Shown here in pieces: positions 39,305-49,370 of a stretch of DNA of 64,000 nucleotides (position 1 is the stretch's first letter; every line of letters begins with the position of its first letter). The stretch is from Treponemataceae bacterium (GTDB lineage: Bacteria; Spirochaetota; Spirochaetia; Treponematales; Rectinemataceae). The stretch lies in the NCBI GenBank assembly GCA_963678065.2, contig CAXXVZ010000003.1:320001-384000 (forward strand). The letters are read 5' to 3'. The translations under genes were made by a program, and so were the position numbers. The notes under the pieces were generated by a model that was given only the letters and a program-made list of their open reading frames with translations, was not told where the DNA came from and searched no databases.

Positions 39305-40186
39305 TCAGGAGTAGCATCCCCACTCCGGGTGCCCGCCGCCCATCCCGCTTCTGATCTCGTGGGGGCTGCGGCGGGTTCGGGCGAAAAGCATTCTCCGAAA
39401 GCTCGAGACGTCGTTGAAGCCACAATCGTAGGCGATTCTCTCGATCGTGTAGTCGGTCGTCTCCAGCAGCATGATCCCCCAGTTGATCCGCAGGCGGTTC
39501 CGGAACTTTATCGGGGAAGTGCGAATTCTAGTCTTGAAGAGCTGAGAGAGCCCGGAGACGCTGATGCAGCAATGCTCGGCTATGTCCTGCAGCGATATAT
39601 CGGTAAGGTAGTTCTTGTGGATGAAGTCGACGGCCTTGTTCAGGATGACTGTCCACCGGTGATCGAGAGGATGGGGTTCGGGACATCCTCTCCGATTGAT
39701 CTCCCTGTTGATGTTGATCACCGCGTTGATGACGTGCGGCCATGCGGCGAAATAGCCATACGGGTCACGCGATTCGAAGGCCGCGAGCGCGCTCGAAAGG
39801 TTCCTGGTAACCTCCGTAGCCCCCTTGAGGGTAGGAGGAACCATCTCCGACTTCGTCAAATAGAAAGGGCGGATCAAATCCGTCAGACGATCCGGGGGAG
39901 CGAGGGATTCGGTGGATTCGTTGGTGATGTTGACGGCAAGACCATAGAGGAACCCCCCCACTCCGGAATCGTGCGCATGCGGAATGGAGCCATCCAGGAA
40001 GTAGGCGTCTCCCGGCTCGACTTCGATCCGTGAATCTTTGTACACAAGGGCGCCACGTCCTGCAAGCGTAACCCCCATCTCGAAACCATCGTGGACGTGA
40101 GTCTGCAGACCGCCGTTGTGCAGCGTGTAGGTGCGGATGAACAGGCACGGCTGGTCCTGAGCCTCATGTCTCGGCAGATCGAGCAC
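39305..40186 (-). CDS. AraC family transcriptional regulator (cupin + HTH)
   Basis: HVHDGFE...PHAH cupin; ISLQDIAEH...LSQLFK...TIERIAYDCGFNDVSSFRRM. Confidence 0.9.
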   Translation of the reverse strand: MLDLPRHEAQDQPCLFIRTYTLHNGGLQTHVHDGFEMGVTLAGRGALVYKDSRIEVEPGDAYFLDGSIPHAHDSGVGGFLYGLAVNITNESTESLAPPDRLTDLIRPFYLTKSEMVPPTLKGATEVTRNLSSALAAFESRDPYGYFAAWPHVINAVININREINRRGCPEPHPLDHRWTVILNKAVDFIHKNYLTDISLQDIAEHCCISVSGLSQLFKTRIRTSPIKFRNRLRINWGIMLLETTDYTIERIAYDCGFNDVSSFRRMLFARTRRSPHEIRSGMGGGHPEWGCYS

Positions 40187-40479
40187 GGCAGACTCCCCGT
40201 TTGTTGCTGTGGAAGGCTCGAATAACTCCCGTGCACCTCATTCTAGTCAGCGCCGACAGGGAAGCAATTGATTTTCATATCGAATTGGTATGGTTTCATT
40301 ATGTCTTTGATGCGGCCCTCCCGGCCGGTCACAGGGGCCTGATCCATTTGCCAGAAAGTCCTCATGGTTTGGAAGAATCGCTCTGTCTCCTGCCTCACGC
40401 GGCCACTATCCTGAACCTGCTTCTACCACAGGGAGTCCGTTTGGGGCGCCCTATTCGTCGCACGAACAGGAGGAAGAAG

Positions 40480-41526
40480 ATGTTGAGGAAAAGCGCCGTG
40501 ATTTTGATGGTGTTGTTGTCTGTGCCCGCGATCGCCTCGTTCTCCGCTGACAGGAAGGCCATATACGCGCCCTTCGGGGAGATTCCGGTCCCGAAACGTC
40601 AGTACCGCATCGGAGTCATTCTCAAGACCTTCATCAACGACTACTTCATCGACCTGCGCAACGGCTTCCAGGACGCCGCGGACAGGTATGGAGTCGCGGT
40701 GGATTTCTTCGCCTCGCCGGGGGAGAATGATCTGCTCATCCAAAAACAGATCATGGAGGATATGCTGGCCCGGAAATACGACCTGATCTGCGTGAACCCG
40801 ATTACTCCCACGAATCTGATAGAACCCTGCAAGAAGGCCACGCAGATGGGCATCCCTCTCATCAACACGAACGATGCCATGATCTCCAAGGAATCTCAGG
40901 AAAAGCACAACATCAAGATAATCTCGTTCATCTCCACTGACTGGAATAAGCAACTGAAATGGCATGTGTCCTACCTTGCCGACAAGCTCGGGCCGAAGGG
41001 AGGGGAGGTGCTCGAGATCATGGGTTTCCACGGAAGCACCGCGGCTATCTGGAGGCATGAGGGGTTTCTCGAGGAGATGAAGAAGTACCCGCAGCTTAAG
41101 CTCATCGCGACGCTTCCAGGGGATTGGGATCGCAAGAAATCCATGGACATCACGGCCGACGTGATTCAGGCCCACCCCAATTTGAAGGCCATATCCGCGT
41201 CGAACGATAACATGGCTCTCGGAGCCATCCAGGCACTGAAGAACGCGGGAAAGCTGAAGCAGGTAGCAGTCCTCGGCTGCGATGCTATCCCCGACGCCAT
41301 ACAAGGTATCAAGAAGGGCGAACTCGATGGGACGGTCGCGTTTATGCAATACGAGAATGGCTATGTCTCCATCGAGGCGGCCATCATGTACCTGGAGGGA
41401 TTGAAGAGCAGGATTCCCGAAACCATCTTTGCGAACCAGGAACTCTGGACGGCGGCCAACATCGACAAGAAGATTGGGGAGTATGCCACGTACTACTCCG
41501 GGTTGAAGAAGTTGGGCAAGGAATAA
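40480..41526 (+). CDS. Sugar ABC substrate-binding protein (RbsB/AlsB-like)
   Basis: Signal peptide from ATG 40480 (after AGGAGG); IGVILKTFINDYF, PGDWDR, SNDNMALGA. Confidence 0.88.
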   Translation: MLRKSAVILMVLLSVPAIASFSADRKAIYAPFGEIPVPKRQYRIGVILKTFINDYFIDLRNGFQDAADRYGVAVDFFASPGENDLLIQKQIMEDMLARKYDLICVNPITPTNLIEPCKKATQMGIPLINTNDAMISKESQEKHNIKIISFISTDWNKQLKWHVSYLADKLGPKGGEVLEIMGFHGSTAAIWRHEGFLEEMKKYPQLKLIATLPGDWDRKKSMDITADVIQAHPNLKAISASNDNMALGAIQALKNAGKLKQVAVLGCDAIPDAIQGIKKGELDGTVAFMQYENGYVSIEAAIMYLEGLKSRIPETIFANQELWTAANIDKKIGEYATYYSGLKKLGKE

Positions 41527-41645
41527 AGTTCGCTCAAGGCGCGTAGAGAGCTCCCTTGTGAGTTCGTACGCTTGACCTGCGCAGCATCCGCCTGCCGGCT
41601 TCCGGGAGACGGATGCGCCTTGAATCTTCGACCTGGGAGTCTGCC

Positions 41646-42602
41646 ATGACGTGCAAAGGGATCCGCGACGCGCTCACGCGCAGCTGGGGCATCATCGCGA
41701 TGCTGGTCGCCCTGAACGCCTTTTTCAGCATCGTCTCTCCTTTCTTTTTTACGGCCTACAACTTTGTCAGCATGCTGCACCATGCGGCCTTCATGATGAT
41801 CATGGCAACCGGCATGGTGATGGTGATAGCCACTGGCGGGATCGACGTCTCGATCGGATCGAACATGGCGTTCACCGGCATGGTGGTGGCGAATCTTCTC
41901 GTGAAGGGTGTCCCGATCCCGCTCGCCATTCTCCTCGGGCTCGGACTGGGCACGCTGATCGGGGCGATCAACGGGACCTTCATCGCGAGACTGCGTCTGC
42001 AGCCCCTCATCGTCACTCTGGCCATGCTCAGCATCTTCCGGGGGTCCACTCTTGTGATCTCCGCCGGTTACGCCGTGGCCGGACTTCCGGAAGGGTTCCT
42101 CGACGTCTTCGCCGGCTCCGGGATGATCCAGAACAGTGTGTACATCGGGATCGGCGTCGCCCTCGTCGGTGCCTTAGTCCTGTCACAGAGTCCTTTCGGC
42201 CTGTACGCCCGCGCGGTCGGCAGCAATGAGGAATGCACCTATGTATGTGGAATCGACACGCGGCGGATCAAGGTAATCATCTACAGTGTTCAGGGCGCTC
42301 TCGCCGCCCTCGCTTCGCTGACATTCATGGCTTCCGTGGACGCAGCCGAGCCTTCCGCCGGACTCTCTACCGAATGGATGGAGGCGATCGCGGCCGCCAT
42401 TCTGGGGGGAAACCATCTCTCCGGCGGCAAGGCGCGGATCTTCGGAATGGTCATCGGAACCATGATACTCAGCACGATCCGGAGCGGCCTGAATGTCGTT
42501 CGCGTGCCTCCGGCCTATCAACAGGTTGTCATCGGCCTCGTGTTGGTGACCACAGTGATAGCGGATTCGCTCCGCTCCAAGCGGCGCATGGCGCTGGCAT
42601 AG
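41646..42602 (+). CDS. Sugar ABC permease
   Basis: GGIDVSIGS, PLIVTLAM, EAIAAAILGG..LSGG. Confidence 0.9.
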   Translation: MTCKGIRDALTRSWGIIAMLVALNAFFSIVSPFFFTAYNFVSMLHHAAFMMIMATGMVMVIATGGIDVSIGSNMAFTGMVVANLLVKGVPIPLAILLGLGLGTLIGAINGTFIARLRLQPLIVTLAMLSIFRGSTLVISAGYAVAGLPEGFLDVFAGSGMIQNSVYIGIGVALVGALVLSQSPFGLYARAVGSNEECTYVCGIDTRRIKVIIYSVQGALAALASLTFMASVDAAEPSAGLSTEWMEAIAAAILGGNHLSGGKARIFGMVIGTMILSTIRSGLNVVRVPPAYQQVVIGLVLVTTVIADSLRSKRRMALA

Positions 42603-42612
42603 GAAAGATCAT

Positions 42613-44130
42613 ATGGAAAATGTATTGCTGCGAATGGAAAAGATCTCCAAGTCCTTTGGCGGTATCCAGGCTCTGCTCAACGTGGACCTCTGTCTGCGCA
42701 GCGGGGAAGTGCTCGGTCTGGTCGGAGAGAACGGCGCGGGCAAGTCCACGCTGATGAAAATCCTTTCCGGCATCGTGCAGGCGGACCGCGGAAAGATCCT
42801 CCTCGATGGAGGAGAGACGGCGATCGCCAGTCCGAGCGATGCGCAGAAAATGGGAATAGCGATGATCCCGCAGGAGCTGCTTCTTGTGCCTGAGCTCTCC
42901 GTCGCGCAGAACCTCTTCCTCGGTCACGAGTTGTGCAGCAATGGCGGGCTCCTCAACAAGAAGAGAATGTGCGAGAAGACCGAGGAGATCCTCTCGAGCC
43001 TGGACAGCGCGTATATCCGCGCGGACGCGCTTGTCGGCGAGCTCCCGAAGGCCGACCAGCAGATCGTTGCCATCGCTCGCCGGCTACTTCAGAAGGGCCG
43101 GATTTTCATTATGGATGAGCCCACAGCCGCCCTCACGGGCAAGGAGACTGAGACACTCTTCGGGATCATCCGGAGGATCAGCGCCAGCGGCTGTTCAACC
43201 ATCTATATCTCTCATCGGCTGGAGGAGGATCTGGAGATTTGCGACCGCTTTACGGTCCTGCGGGACGGTGAGGTGGCTCAGGACTTCCCGAATGCTCCTG
43301 AGGTGGACACGCAAACCCTCGTGTATCACATGGTCGGAAGCCGCATCGGTGACGAGTTTCCCCATACCGCCGCGCGGAGGGGAAACGAAGTACTCCGGGT
43401 CAATCGACTTGCCTTCCGTACCTACCAGGGCGCTCTTGTGAAGGACGTCGACTTCTCCCTCCACAAAGGGGAGGTGGTCAGCATCACCGGGCTCGTGGGG
43501 GTCGGAAAGACCGAGCTGGGTCAGACCCTTATGGGCCTGCGCAAGCGGATCGGCGGCTCTCTGTCCCTCGACGGGGCGCAGACAGTTATTCAGTCGCCGA
43601 TGGACGCCGTGCGGCATGGGATCGGGTATGTCAGCGAGGACCGGAGGGATGAGGGCCTCGTGCTCGCCCTGGAAAGTAAGTATAATATGACATTGAGCTG
43701 CCTGAGGAAAATCTCCACCGCCTCGGTGCTCTCCTCCAGCCGCGAGAAGAGGCTCGTGTCGACGTTCATGGACCGGCTGAGCATGAAAGCCCAGTACCTC
43801 GAGATGGAAGCCCAGCAGCTGAGCGGCGGAAACCAGCAAAAGATAGTCATCCTGAGACAGATCATCAGCGACGCGCGGATTATTCTCCTCGACGAACCGA
43901 CAAAGGGGATCGACGTGGGGGCCAAGAGCGAAGTATCCCGCATCATCGGGGAGCTGAGCCAGGAAGGGAAGGCCATCCTGATCTTGTCTTCCGAGCCCCG
44001 CGAGGTGCTCGGTATCAGCGATGTCATCTATGTCCTGACCACTCGGGGGATGCAGGGTCCTTTCATGCGGGGAAATCTGACCTATTCCCAGCTGATGGCG
44101 ATCGAGCTCGGGCAGACTCGCGGAGAATAA
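42613..44130 (+). CDS. Sugar ABC ATP-binding protein
   Basis: GENGAGKST, MDEPTAAL, LSGGNQQK, LDEPTKGIDVGAK. Confidence 0.92.
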   Translation: MENVLLRMEKISKSFGGIQALLNVDLCLRSGEVLGLVGENGAGKSTLMKILSGIVQADRGKILLDGGETAIASPSDAQKMGIAMIPQELLLVPELSVAQNLFLGHELCSNGGLLNKKRMCEKTEEILSSLDSAYIRADALVGELPKADQQIVAIARRLLQKGRIFIMDEPTAALTGKETETLFGIIRRISASGCSTIYISHRLEEDLEICDRFTVLRDGEVAQDFPNAPEVDTQTLVYHMVGSRIGDEFPHTAARRGNEVLRVNRLAFRTYQGALVKDVDFSLHKGEVVSITGLVGVGKTELGQTLMGLRKRIGGSLSLDGAQTVIQSPMDAVRHGIGYVSEDRRDEGLVLALESKYNMTLSCLRKISTASVLSSSREKRLVSTFMDRLSMKAQYLEMEAQQLSGGNQQKIVILRQIISDARIILLDEPTKGIDVGAKSEVSRIIGELSQEGKAILILSSEPREVLGISDVIYVLTTRGMQGPFMRGNLTYSQLMAIELGQTRGE

Positions 44131-44185
44131 TCCCGCAGGGCGTGTTCCGAGTACAGGGTCTATGTATCGGGAGGGTGTACAAGCA

Positions 44186-45190
44186 ATGCAGAATAGAATT
44201 TCCCTTTCGCGGTTCCACCTGGAGCTGCTTTTCCCCATCGTTGTCGTCGTAGTCGGACTGACTATCGCCTCTCCTCACTTTATGAGTTTCCAGAATTTCG
44301 TGAATGTGGGCAACCAGATCGCGATCAACGTCATTATCGCCCTCGGGATGACTCTCCTTGTCACGGGCGGAGGGATCGATCTTTCCGTCGGCTCCAATGT
44401 CGCTCTGACGGGGGTCATCGTCGCCCAATTCTTCCAGGCGGGGGGACAGGGAGCCGGCGCGGTGTTCCTCGCGATCCTGATCGGTCTGGGAGTGGGGGTG
44501 ACGATAGGAGTCATCAACGGTTTGATCGTCTCGCTCCTCGATGTCCCGCCGTTCATCTGCACACTCGGGACAATGACGGCAATTCGCGGAGTGGCTCTCA
44601 TCGCCTCCGACGGTCGCCCGATCATGGGCATGCCGGACGCATTCCTGAACGTTTTCTATGGCTTTTGGGGAGGAATCCCGAAGCCGGTCATCACGGCCGT
44701 CATTCTTTCGATCCTCATTGCTTTCATTTTCAACAGGACTACCTTTGGCCGGAAGGTAAAGGCCATAGGCGGCAACGAACGCTGCGTCAGAGTCTGCGGC
44801 ATCAATATCGTCCTCATAAAAATCCTGATGTACGGCTTCGTAGGCGGCCTCGCCGGGATGGCCGGGCTCGTGCTCACCACGACGATGGCGACTGCCGAGC
44901 CGCTTGCGGGCACATGGTATGAGCTTGAGGCCGTCGCGGTAGTAGTCATGGGTGGAACCCTTCTGAAGGGCGGGAAAGGAACTATTGTCGGGACATTGCT
45001 TGGCGCCTTGCTGCTGGGCTTGGTGCGGAACGGGCTCAATCTTCTGAGTGTGCATGCCACGTATCACACCCTTGTCGTCGGGCTGCTTATTCTGTTCTCC
45101 GTTGTGATTTCCAGCGATGCTTTCGGGGGTGCCGGGCGGAGAGTGTGGGATCGCATGCGAGGGCAGGCCAAATTTTCGTCTGAGCGATAA
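44186..45190 (+). CDS. Sugar ABC permease
   Basis: GGIDLSVGS, VPPFICTLG, YELEAVAVVVMGG. Start is uncertain (44162 or 44186). Confidence 0.88.
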   Translation: MQNRISLSRFHLELLFPIVVVVVGLTIASPHFMSFQNFVNVGNQIAINVIIALGMTLLVTGGGIDLSVGSNVALTGVIVAQFFQAGGQGAGAVFLAILIGLGVGVTIGVINGLIVSLLDVPPFICTLGTMTAIRGVALIASDGRPIMGMPDAFLNVFYGFWGGIPKPVITAVILSILIAFIFNRTTFGRKVKAIGGNERCVRVCGINIVLIKILMYGFVGGLAGMAGLVLTTTMATAEPLAGTWYELEAVAVVVMGGTLLKGGKGTIVGTLLGALLLGLVRNGLNLLSVHATYHTLVVGLLILFSVVISSDAFGGAGRRVWDRMRGQAKFSSER

Positions 45191-45220
45191 ATAAACCAAA
45201 GCAAAAGAAAGGAGACAGTC

Positions 45221-46312
45221 ATGGCACACTATTTGGACACGGAATTCAGCAAACACGGGCTCCTCTCACGCGTCGGGGATCCCGCGCAGATCGCGCGCGC
45301 GGTGCCGGTCACTCTCGCCGGAGGCAAGGCCGAGGGAGTCGCCGCGGTCCAGCTCAGCACAGGGTCCGGACTGGAGTTCACCGTGCTTCCCGGAAGGGGA
45401 ATGGACATACCCTTCGCTTCATACAACGGCCGTTCCCTGGGGTTTTTCTCCGGCACAGGCATCACTTCACCCGCTTACTACGAGGAGCCGGGTTTGGGGT
45501 GGCTGCGAAGCGCATACTTTGGCCTACTCACGACCTGCGGCATCGTCTCGAGCGGCTTCCCCGATGTCGAGGGAGAGAAGTCCTACGGCCTGCACGGCAG
45601 GGTCTCGAACGCGGCCGCAGAGGATGTCTCGGTTTCCCAGGATTGGGAGGGAGATGAGTATGTCCTGTCGGTACAGGGAAAGATCAGGGAAGCCTGCGCC
45701 TTTAATGAGAATATGCGACTGAAACGGAAGGTAGAAACCCGCCTGGGATGGGATAAGCTGGTCATCCACGACATCATCGAGAACAACGGATTCGAGCCAC
45801 AGCCGCTCATGATGATCTACCATTTCAATTTCGGTTACCCCCTCCTTGGCCCTGGCGCGGAAGTCGTCGGCCCCATCATCAAGAAGGAAGCGCGGGACGA
45901 GGAGGCATGTAAGGATCGCGGGATTGAGGAGAGCCTGTCTTTCCCGGAGCCCCAGGCTGATTACCGCGAGAAAGTTTTCTTCTACAGCCTTGGAGCCGAC
46001 GCAAAAGGGGATACATTCATATCTCTGCTGAATCAGGATATCGGGGACGGTACTCCCCTCGGCATCGTGATGCGCTTCAACAGGAATGAGTTGCCACGGT
46101 TCACACACTGGAAGATGACAGGGCAGGGCTTCTACGTGACGGGGCTCGAGCCGGGCACAGTAGGCCCTCTCGGGCGCAAAAAGGAGCGCGAGCGCGGCTG
46201 TCCTATGCTCGCGGGGCAGGGGTCCTGGCCGATCACCATAGAGTTCGAAGTCCTTCACGATGTCGCGGCCTTCCAGAGGCTGAGGGATGAGGCGGAGACT
46301 CTGAAGAAATAG
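45221..46312 (+). CDS. Aldose 1-epimerase-like protein (DUF4432 family)
   Basis: GSGLEFTVLPGRGMDI, GLLTTCG, YGLHGRVSN, YHFNFGYPLL, TGLEPGT. Confidence 0.8.
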   Translation: MAHYLDTEFSKHGLLSRVGDPAQIARAVPVTLAGGKAEGVAAVQLSTGSGLEFTVLPGRGMDIPFASYNGRSLGFFSGTGITSPAYYEEPGLGWLRSAYFGLLTTCGIVSSGFPDVEGEKSYGLHGRVSNAAAEDVSVSQDWEGDEYVLSVQGKIREACAFNENMRLKRKVETRLGWDKLVIHDIIENNGFEPQPLMMIYHFNFGYPLLGPGAEVVGPIIKKEARDEEACKDRGIEESLSFPEPQADYREKVFFYSLGADAKGDTFISLLNQDIGDGTPLGIVMRFNRNELPRFTHWKMTGQGFYVTGLEPGTVGPLGRKKERERGCPMLAGQGSWPITIEFEVLHDVAAFQRLRDEAETLKK

Positions 46313-46425
46313 TCGGCTGCACGTGTGGCGGTGGAGTTTGGTGTTTTTCTGTGGCAAGCGGCAGAAGGCGGTTGCCGCAAAATGGATCACTATCGTCCTG
46401 AAGAGGAACTTAAGGAGGCAGGAAC

Positions 46426-47922
46426 ATGAAGAGGTATGGGCTTCTCATCGACAATGAGCTGTGTGAGCCGGAGGGTGGGCGATACTTTATCTCGAGCGAC
46501 CCTTCGAACGGCGAACCCATCGCGGAGTTCGCCCAGGCCGGTCCCGGCGACGTCCGAGCCGCCTGCGCCGCCGCGAGAGCTGCCTTTGAGAGCGGTTGGG
46601 GCCGGATGGACCCCGACGACCGCGCGGAGCTCATGCACAGGGCCGCCGCAGGGATGAGGCGGAGGCAGCAGGAACTCGCCGAGCTCGAGTCCCGCGACAC
46701 CGGCAAGCCGATACGCGAGAGCGCAGGCTTCGATATACCTTTCTCCATTCTCGCCTTCGACTACTTCGCCGATCTGGGCCGCGAGGTTCTCGGGCATGTC
46801 ATCCCCGTCAAAAACGAGCTCAAGAAAGAATACTTCGACTTTGTGACCTACGAGCCCTACGGCGTCGTCGCGGTCATCAGCCCCTACAATTTTCCCCTCC
46901 ACCTTCTGACGCGGAGCCTCTGCCCGGCCCTCGCCGCGGGAAATACGGCTGTGCTCAAGGCCTCGTCGATGACGCCGGCCACCACCGCGCTGCTCGGGGA
47001 GATACTCGTCGACGCAGGCTTCCCTCCCGGCGTCATCAACGTTGTCTCAGGGGCGGGCTCCACCGTCGGCGAATCTCTCGCCTCCGACCGGGACGTGGGT
47101 GTTATCGCATTCACGGGTTCCGAGGCCGTGGGCCGGAGGCTCATGGAGCTCTCCGCGCGCTCGCCCATAATCAAGAAGACAGTGCTGGAACTCGGCGGGA
47201 AGGGGCCGTACATCGTCGAGCCCGACTGTGACCTCGACGAGGCCGCCGACGCCGCGGTCACAGGCCTGGCTTTCAATCAGGGCGAAGTCTGCTGCGCGAT
47301 GACCCGGCTCATCCTCCACGAGTCGATCTACGAGGACTTCCTCACGAGGCTCGCGTCGCGGCTTGACGCGCTGGTCATAGGGCCGCCCCTCGACCCCGCG
47401 ACACAGATCGGATCACTCGTGAACGCGGCTCAGCTCGAGCGCGTAGACGCCTATGTGCGGGCTGCGATCGGGCGCGGCGCCAGGCTTGTATGCGGCGGAG
47501 AGCGTTATGCCATACCGCCCTGCGACAAAGGGAGTTTTTACCGGCCTACAGTCCTCGACCGCCTTGCGGAGGTCGAGCCTTGTTGGCGCGAGGAGATCTT
47601 CGGTCCCGTCCTCGTCGCGAAACCCTACCGTGAGCTCAAAGAGGCCGTGTCAATGGCCAACGACAGCGATTTCGGCCTTGGCGCGAATCTCTTCACGCGC
47701 GACTACCGCAAGGCCTATTGGGCGTCAAAACGTCTCAACGCCGGCTCGGTCTGGGTCAATGTCAATAACGGCGCCCAAATGAACGCTCCCTTCGGGGGCA
47801 ACAAGAACAGCGGGATGGGCAGGGAATATGGCGTCTTTGGCCTCCACGAATACCTCCGGGCCAAGAACAACTGCTGGAACGTGGGCATCGATCCGCTCGC
47901 CGCGCCTGGCGCGCGGGACTAG
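46426..47922 (+). CDS. NAD(P)-dependent aldehyde dehydrogenase
   Basis: PYNFP, FTGSEAVG, LELGGK, catalytic FNQGEVCCA, EEIFGPV, PFGGNKNSG. Confidence 0.92.
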   Translation: MKRYGLLIDNELCEPEGGRYFISSDPSNGEPIAEFAQAGPGDVRAACAAARAAFESGWGRMDPDDRAELMHRAAAGMRRRQQELAELESRDTGKPIRESAGFDIPFSILAFDYFADLGREVLGHVIPVKNELKKEYFDFVTYEPYGVVAVISPYNFPLHLLTRSLCPALAAGNTAVLKASSMTPATTALLGEILVDAGFPPGVINVVSGAGSTVGESLASDRDVGVIAFTGSEAVGRRLMELSARSPIIKKTVLELGGKGPYIVEPDCDLDEAADAAVTGLAFNQGEVCCAMTRLILHESIYEDFLTRLASRLDALVIGPPLDPATQIGSLVNAAQLERVDAYVRAAIGRGARLVCGGERYAIPPCDKGSFYRPTVLDRLAEVEPCWREEIFGPVLVAKPYRELKEAVSMANDSDFGLGANLFTRDYRKAYWASKRLNAGSVWVNVNNGAQMNAPFGGNKNSGMGREYGVFGLHEYLRAKNNCWNVGIDPLAAPGARD

Positions 47923-48148
47923 GAAAACGACGACGCATCGATCGTAGGCGCCCACCGGGACCCCTGTGATTCGCAGGAGAGTTTCATACCCCGCAGCTGC
48001 GAGGTATGTTGAATCCTGGTGGGCGGCCGCTCGATCCGACAGCTGTCTGGCCGCGACGAAGGCCTGTAAACGCCGATGGGGAGCCTGTGCCCCCACTCCA
48101 AGCTGCTCTCGCGGCGGTGTGCTTCCGGGTGTTTATCGAAAAAAACAC

Positions 48149-48201
48149 TTTACAGTTTTTGGTTTCCGGTGTAGGATGACCTCGAACTGGAAACGTTTTC
48201 A
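48149..48201 (+). promoter_or_regulatory. Promoter and LacI-type operator of iolG-iolB-iolD-iolE
   Basis: TTTACA (48149-48154)-N17-TAGGAT (48172-48177); CTGGAAACGTTTTCA (48187-48201) is identical to 33521-33535. Confidence 0.75.
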
Positions 48202-48295
48202 TATTCGATTTTTTGGAAATCCAGTTTGATTTTTTCCTGTCCGGGGCCCGAAACGGGGCAATCGGAAGCATCAGGAACTGATGCAAGGAGGTTTC

Positions 48296-49312
48296 ATGGC
48301 ACCTGTCAATGTGGGCATAATCGGAGCGGGACGGATCGGAAAGATCCATGCCTCCAACATCGTGTATTACATGCCCCAGGCGAAGGTAAAGACCATCGCG
48401 GATGTCAACCTGACTCCCGCAATCGAGGAATGGGCCGCCGGTCTCGGCATCCCCGTCGCGACGAAGGACCCCGAGTCGATTTTTTCTGATCCCGAGATTT
48501 CCGTCGTTCTCGTCTGCTCGTCCACCGACACGCACGCGGATTTCGTCATCAAGGCCGCCAAAGCGGGAAAGCACATTTTCTGCGAAAAACCAGTCGATCT
48601 GACAGTCGCCAAAGTCAAGGCAGCGCTCGCCGCTGTCGCCGCGGCCAAGGTGAAGCTCCAGGTCGGGTTCAATCGCCGGTTCGATCACAACTTCGCGAAG
48701 GTCCGCGAACTCGTGGCCTCGGGAAGCATCGGCGATCCGCACGTCATCAAGATCACCTCCCGCGATCCTGCGCCGCCGCCACCCGCCTATGTGGCTGTCT
48801 CCGGTGGTATCTTCCTCGACATGACCATCCATGATTTCGACATGGCCCGCTTCCAGGCCGGCAGCGATGTCGTCGAAGTCTACGCGGCGGGCGCCGTCCT
48901 CGTCGATCCCGAAATCGGGAAAGCGGGGGACATCGACACCGCCATCATTACACTGAAATTCGCGAACGGCGCGATCGGTGTCATCGACAATTCCCGCAAG
49001 GCGGCCTACGGTTACGATCAGCGCGTCGAAGTTTTCGGCTCGAAAGGCGCGGCGGCCGCCGAGAACGACGCCGCCAGCACCGTGAAGCTCTCCACCGAAT
49101 CGGGTGTAACGGGCGAGAAGCCCCTCTACTTCTTCCTTGAGCGCTACAAGGAAGCCTTCATCTCTGAAATGCGCGCCTTCCTCGACGCTGTCGCCGGCGA
49201 CAAGCCGGTTTCTGTCACCGGCGAGGACGGCCTGCAGGATCTTCTCGTCGCCCTCGCGGCAAAGAAATCCGTCGCGGAGAAGCGGCCTGTCAGGCTCTCC
49301 GAAATCGCGTAA
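48296..49312 (+). CDS. iolG: myo-inositol 2-dehydrogenase
   Basis: GIIGAGRIG, HIFCEKP, GFNRRFD, ITSRDP, SGGIFLDMTIHDFDMARF, YGYDQRVEVFG. Start ATG 48296 after AAGGAGG. Confidence 0.93.
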   Translation: MAPVNVGIIGAGRIGKIHASNIVYYMPQAKVKTIADVNLTPAIEEWAAGLGIPVATKDPESIFSDPEISVVLVCSSTDTHADFVIKAAKAGKHIFCEKPVDLTVAKVKAALAAVAAAKVKLQVGFNRRFDHNFAKVRELVASGSIGDPHVIKITSRDPAPPPPAYVAVSGGIFLDMTIHDFDMARFQAGSDVVEVYAAGAVLVDPEIGKAGDIDTAIITLKFANGAIGVIDNSRKAAYGYDQRVEVFGSKGAAAAENDAASTVKLSTESGVTGEKPLYFFLERYKEAFISEMRAFLDAVAGDKPVSVTGEDGLQDLLVALAAKKSVAEKRPVRLSEIA

Positions 49313-49370
49313 TCGTCCCAAAGGGGAGGCCGGAGACGGTCTCCCCTCCTCGCATCTCAAGGAGTACTCC

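Noticed and set aside
46426..47922. ALDH as IolA/MmsA (malonate semialdehyde dehydrogenase)
   Set aside because: It has the classical LELGGK and FNQGEVC motifs, not the GAKNH and AG[EQ]RCMA motifs of CoA-acylating MmsA, and it sits in a separately regulated block.
47923..48120. Possible gene remnant on the minus strand (HRRLQAFVAARQL...LLRITGVPV) and a weak hairpin
   Set aside because: Only a vague resemblance to effector-binding domains; no start, ribosome-binding site or diagnostic motif.
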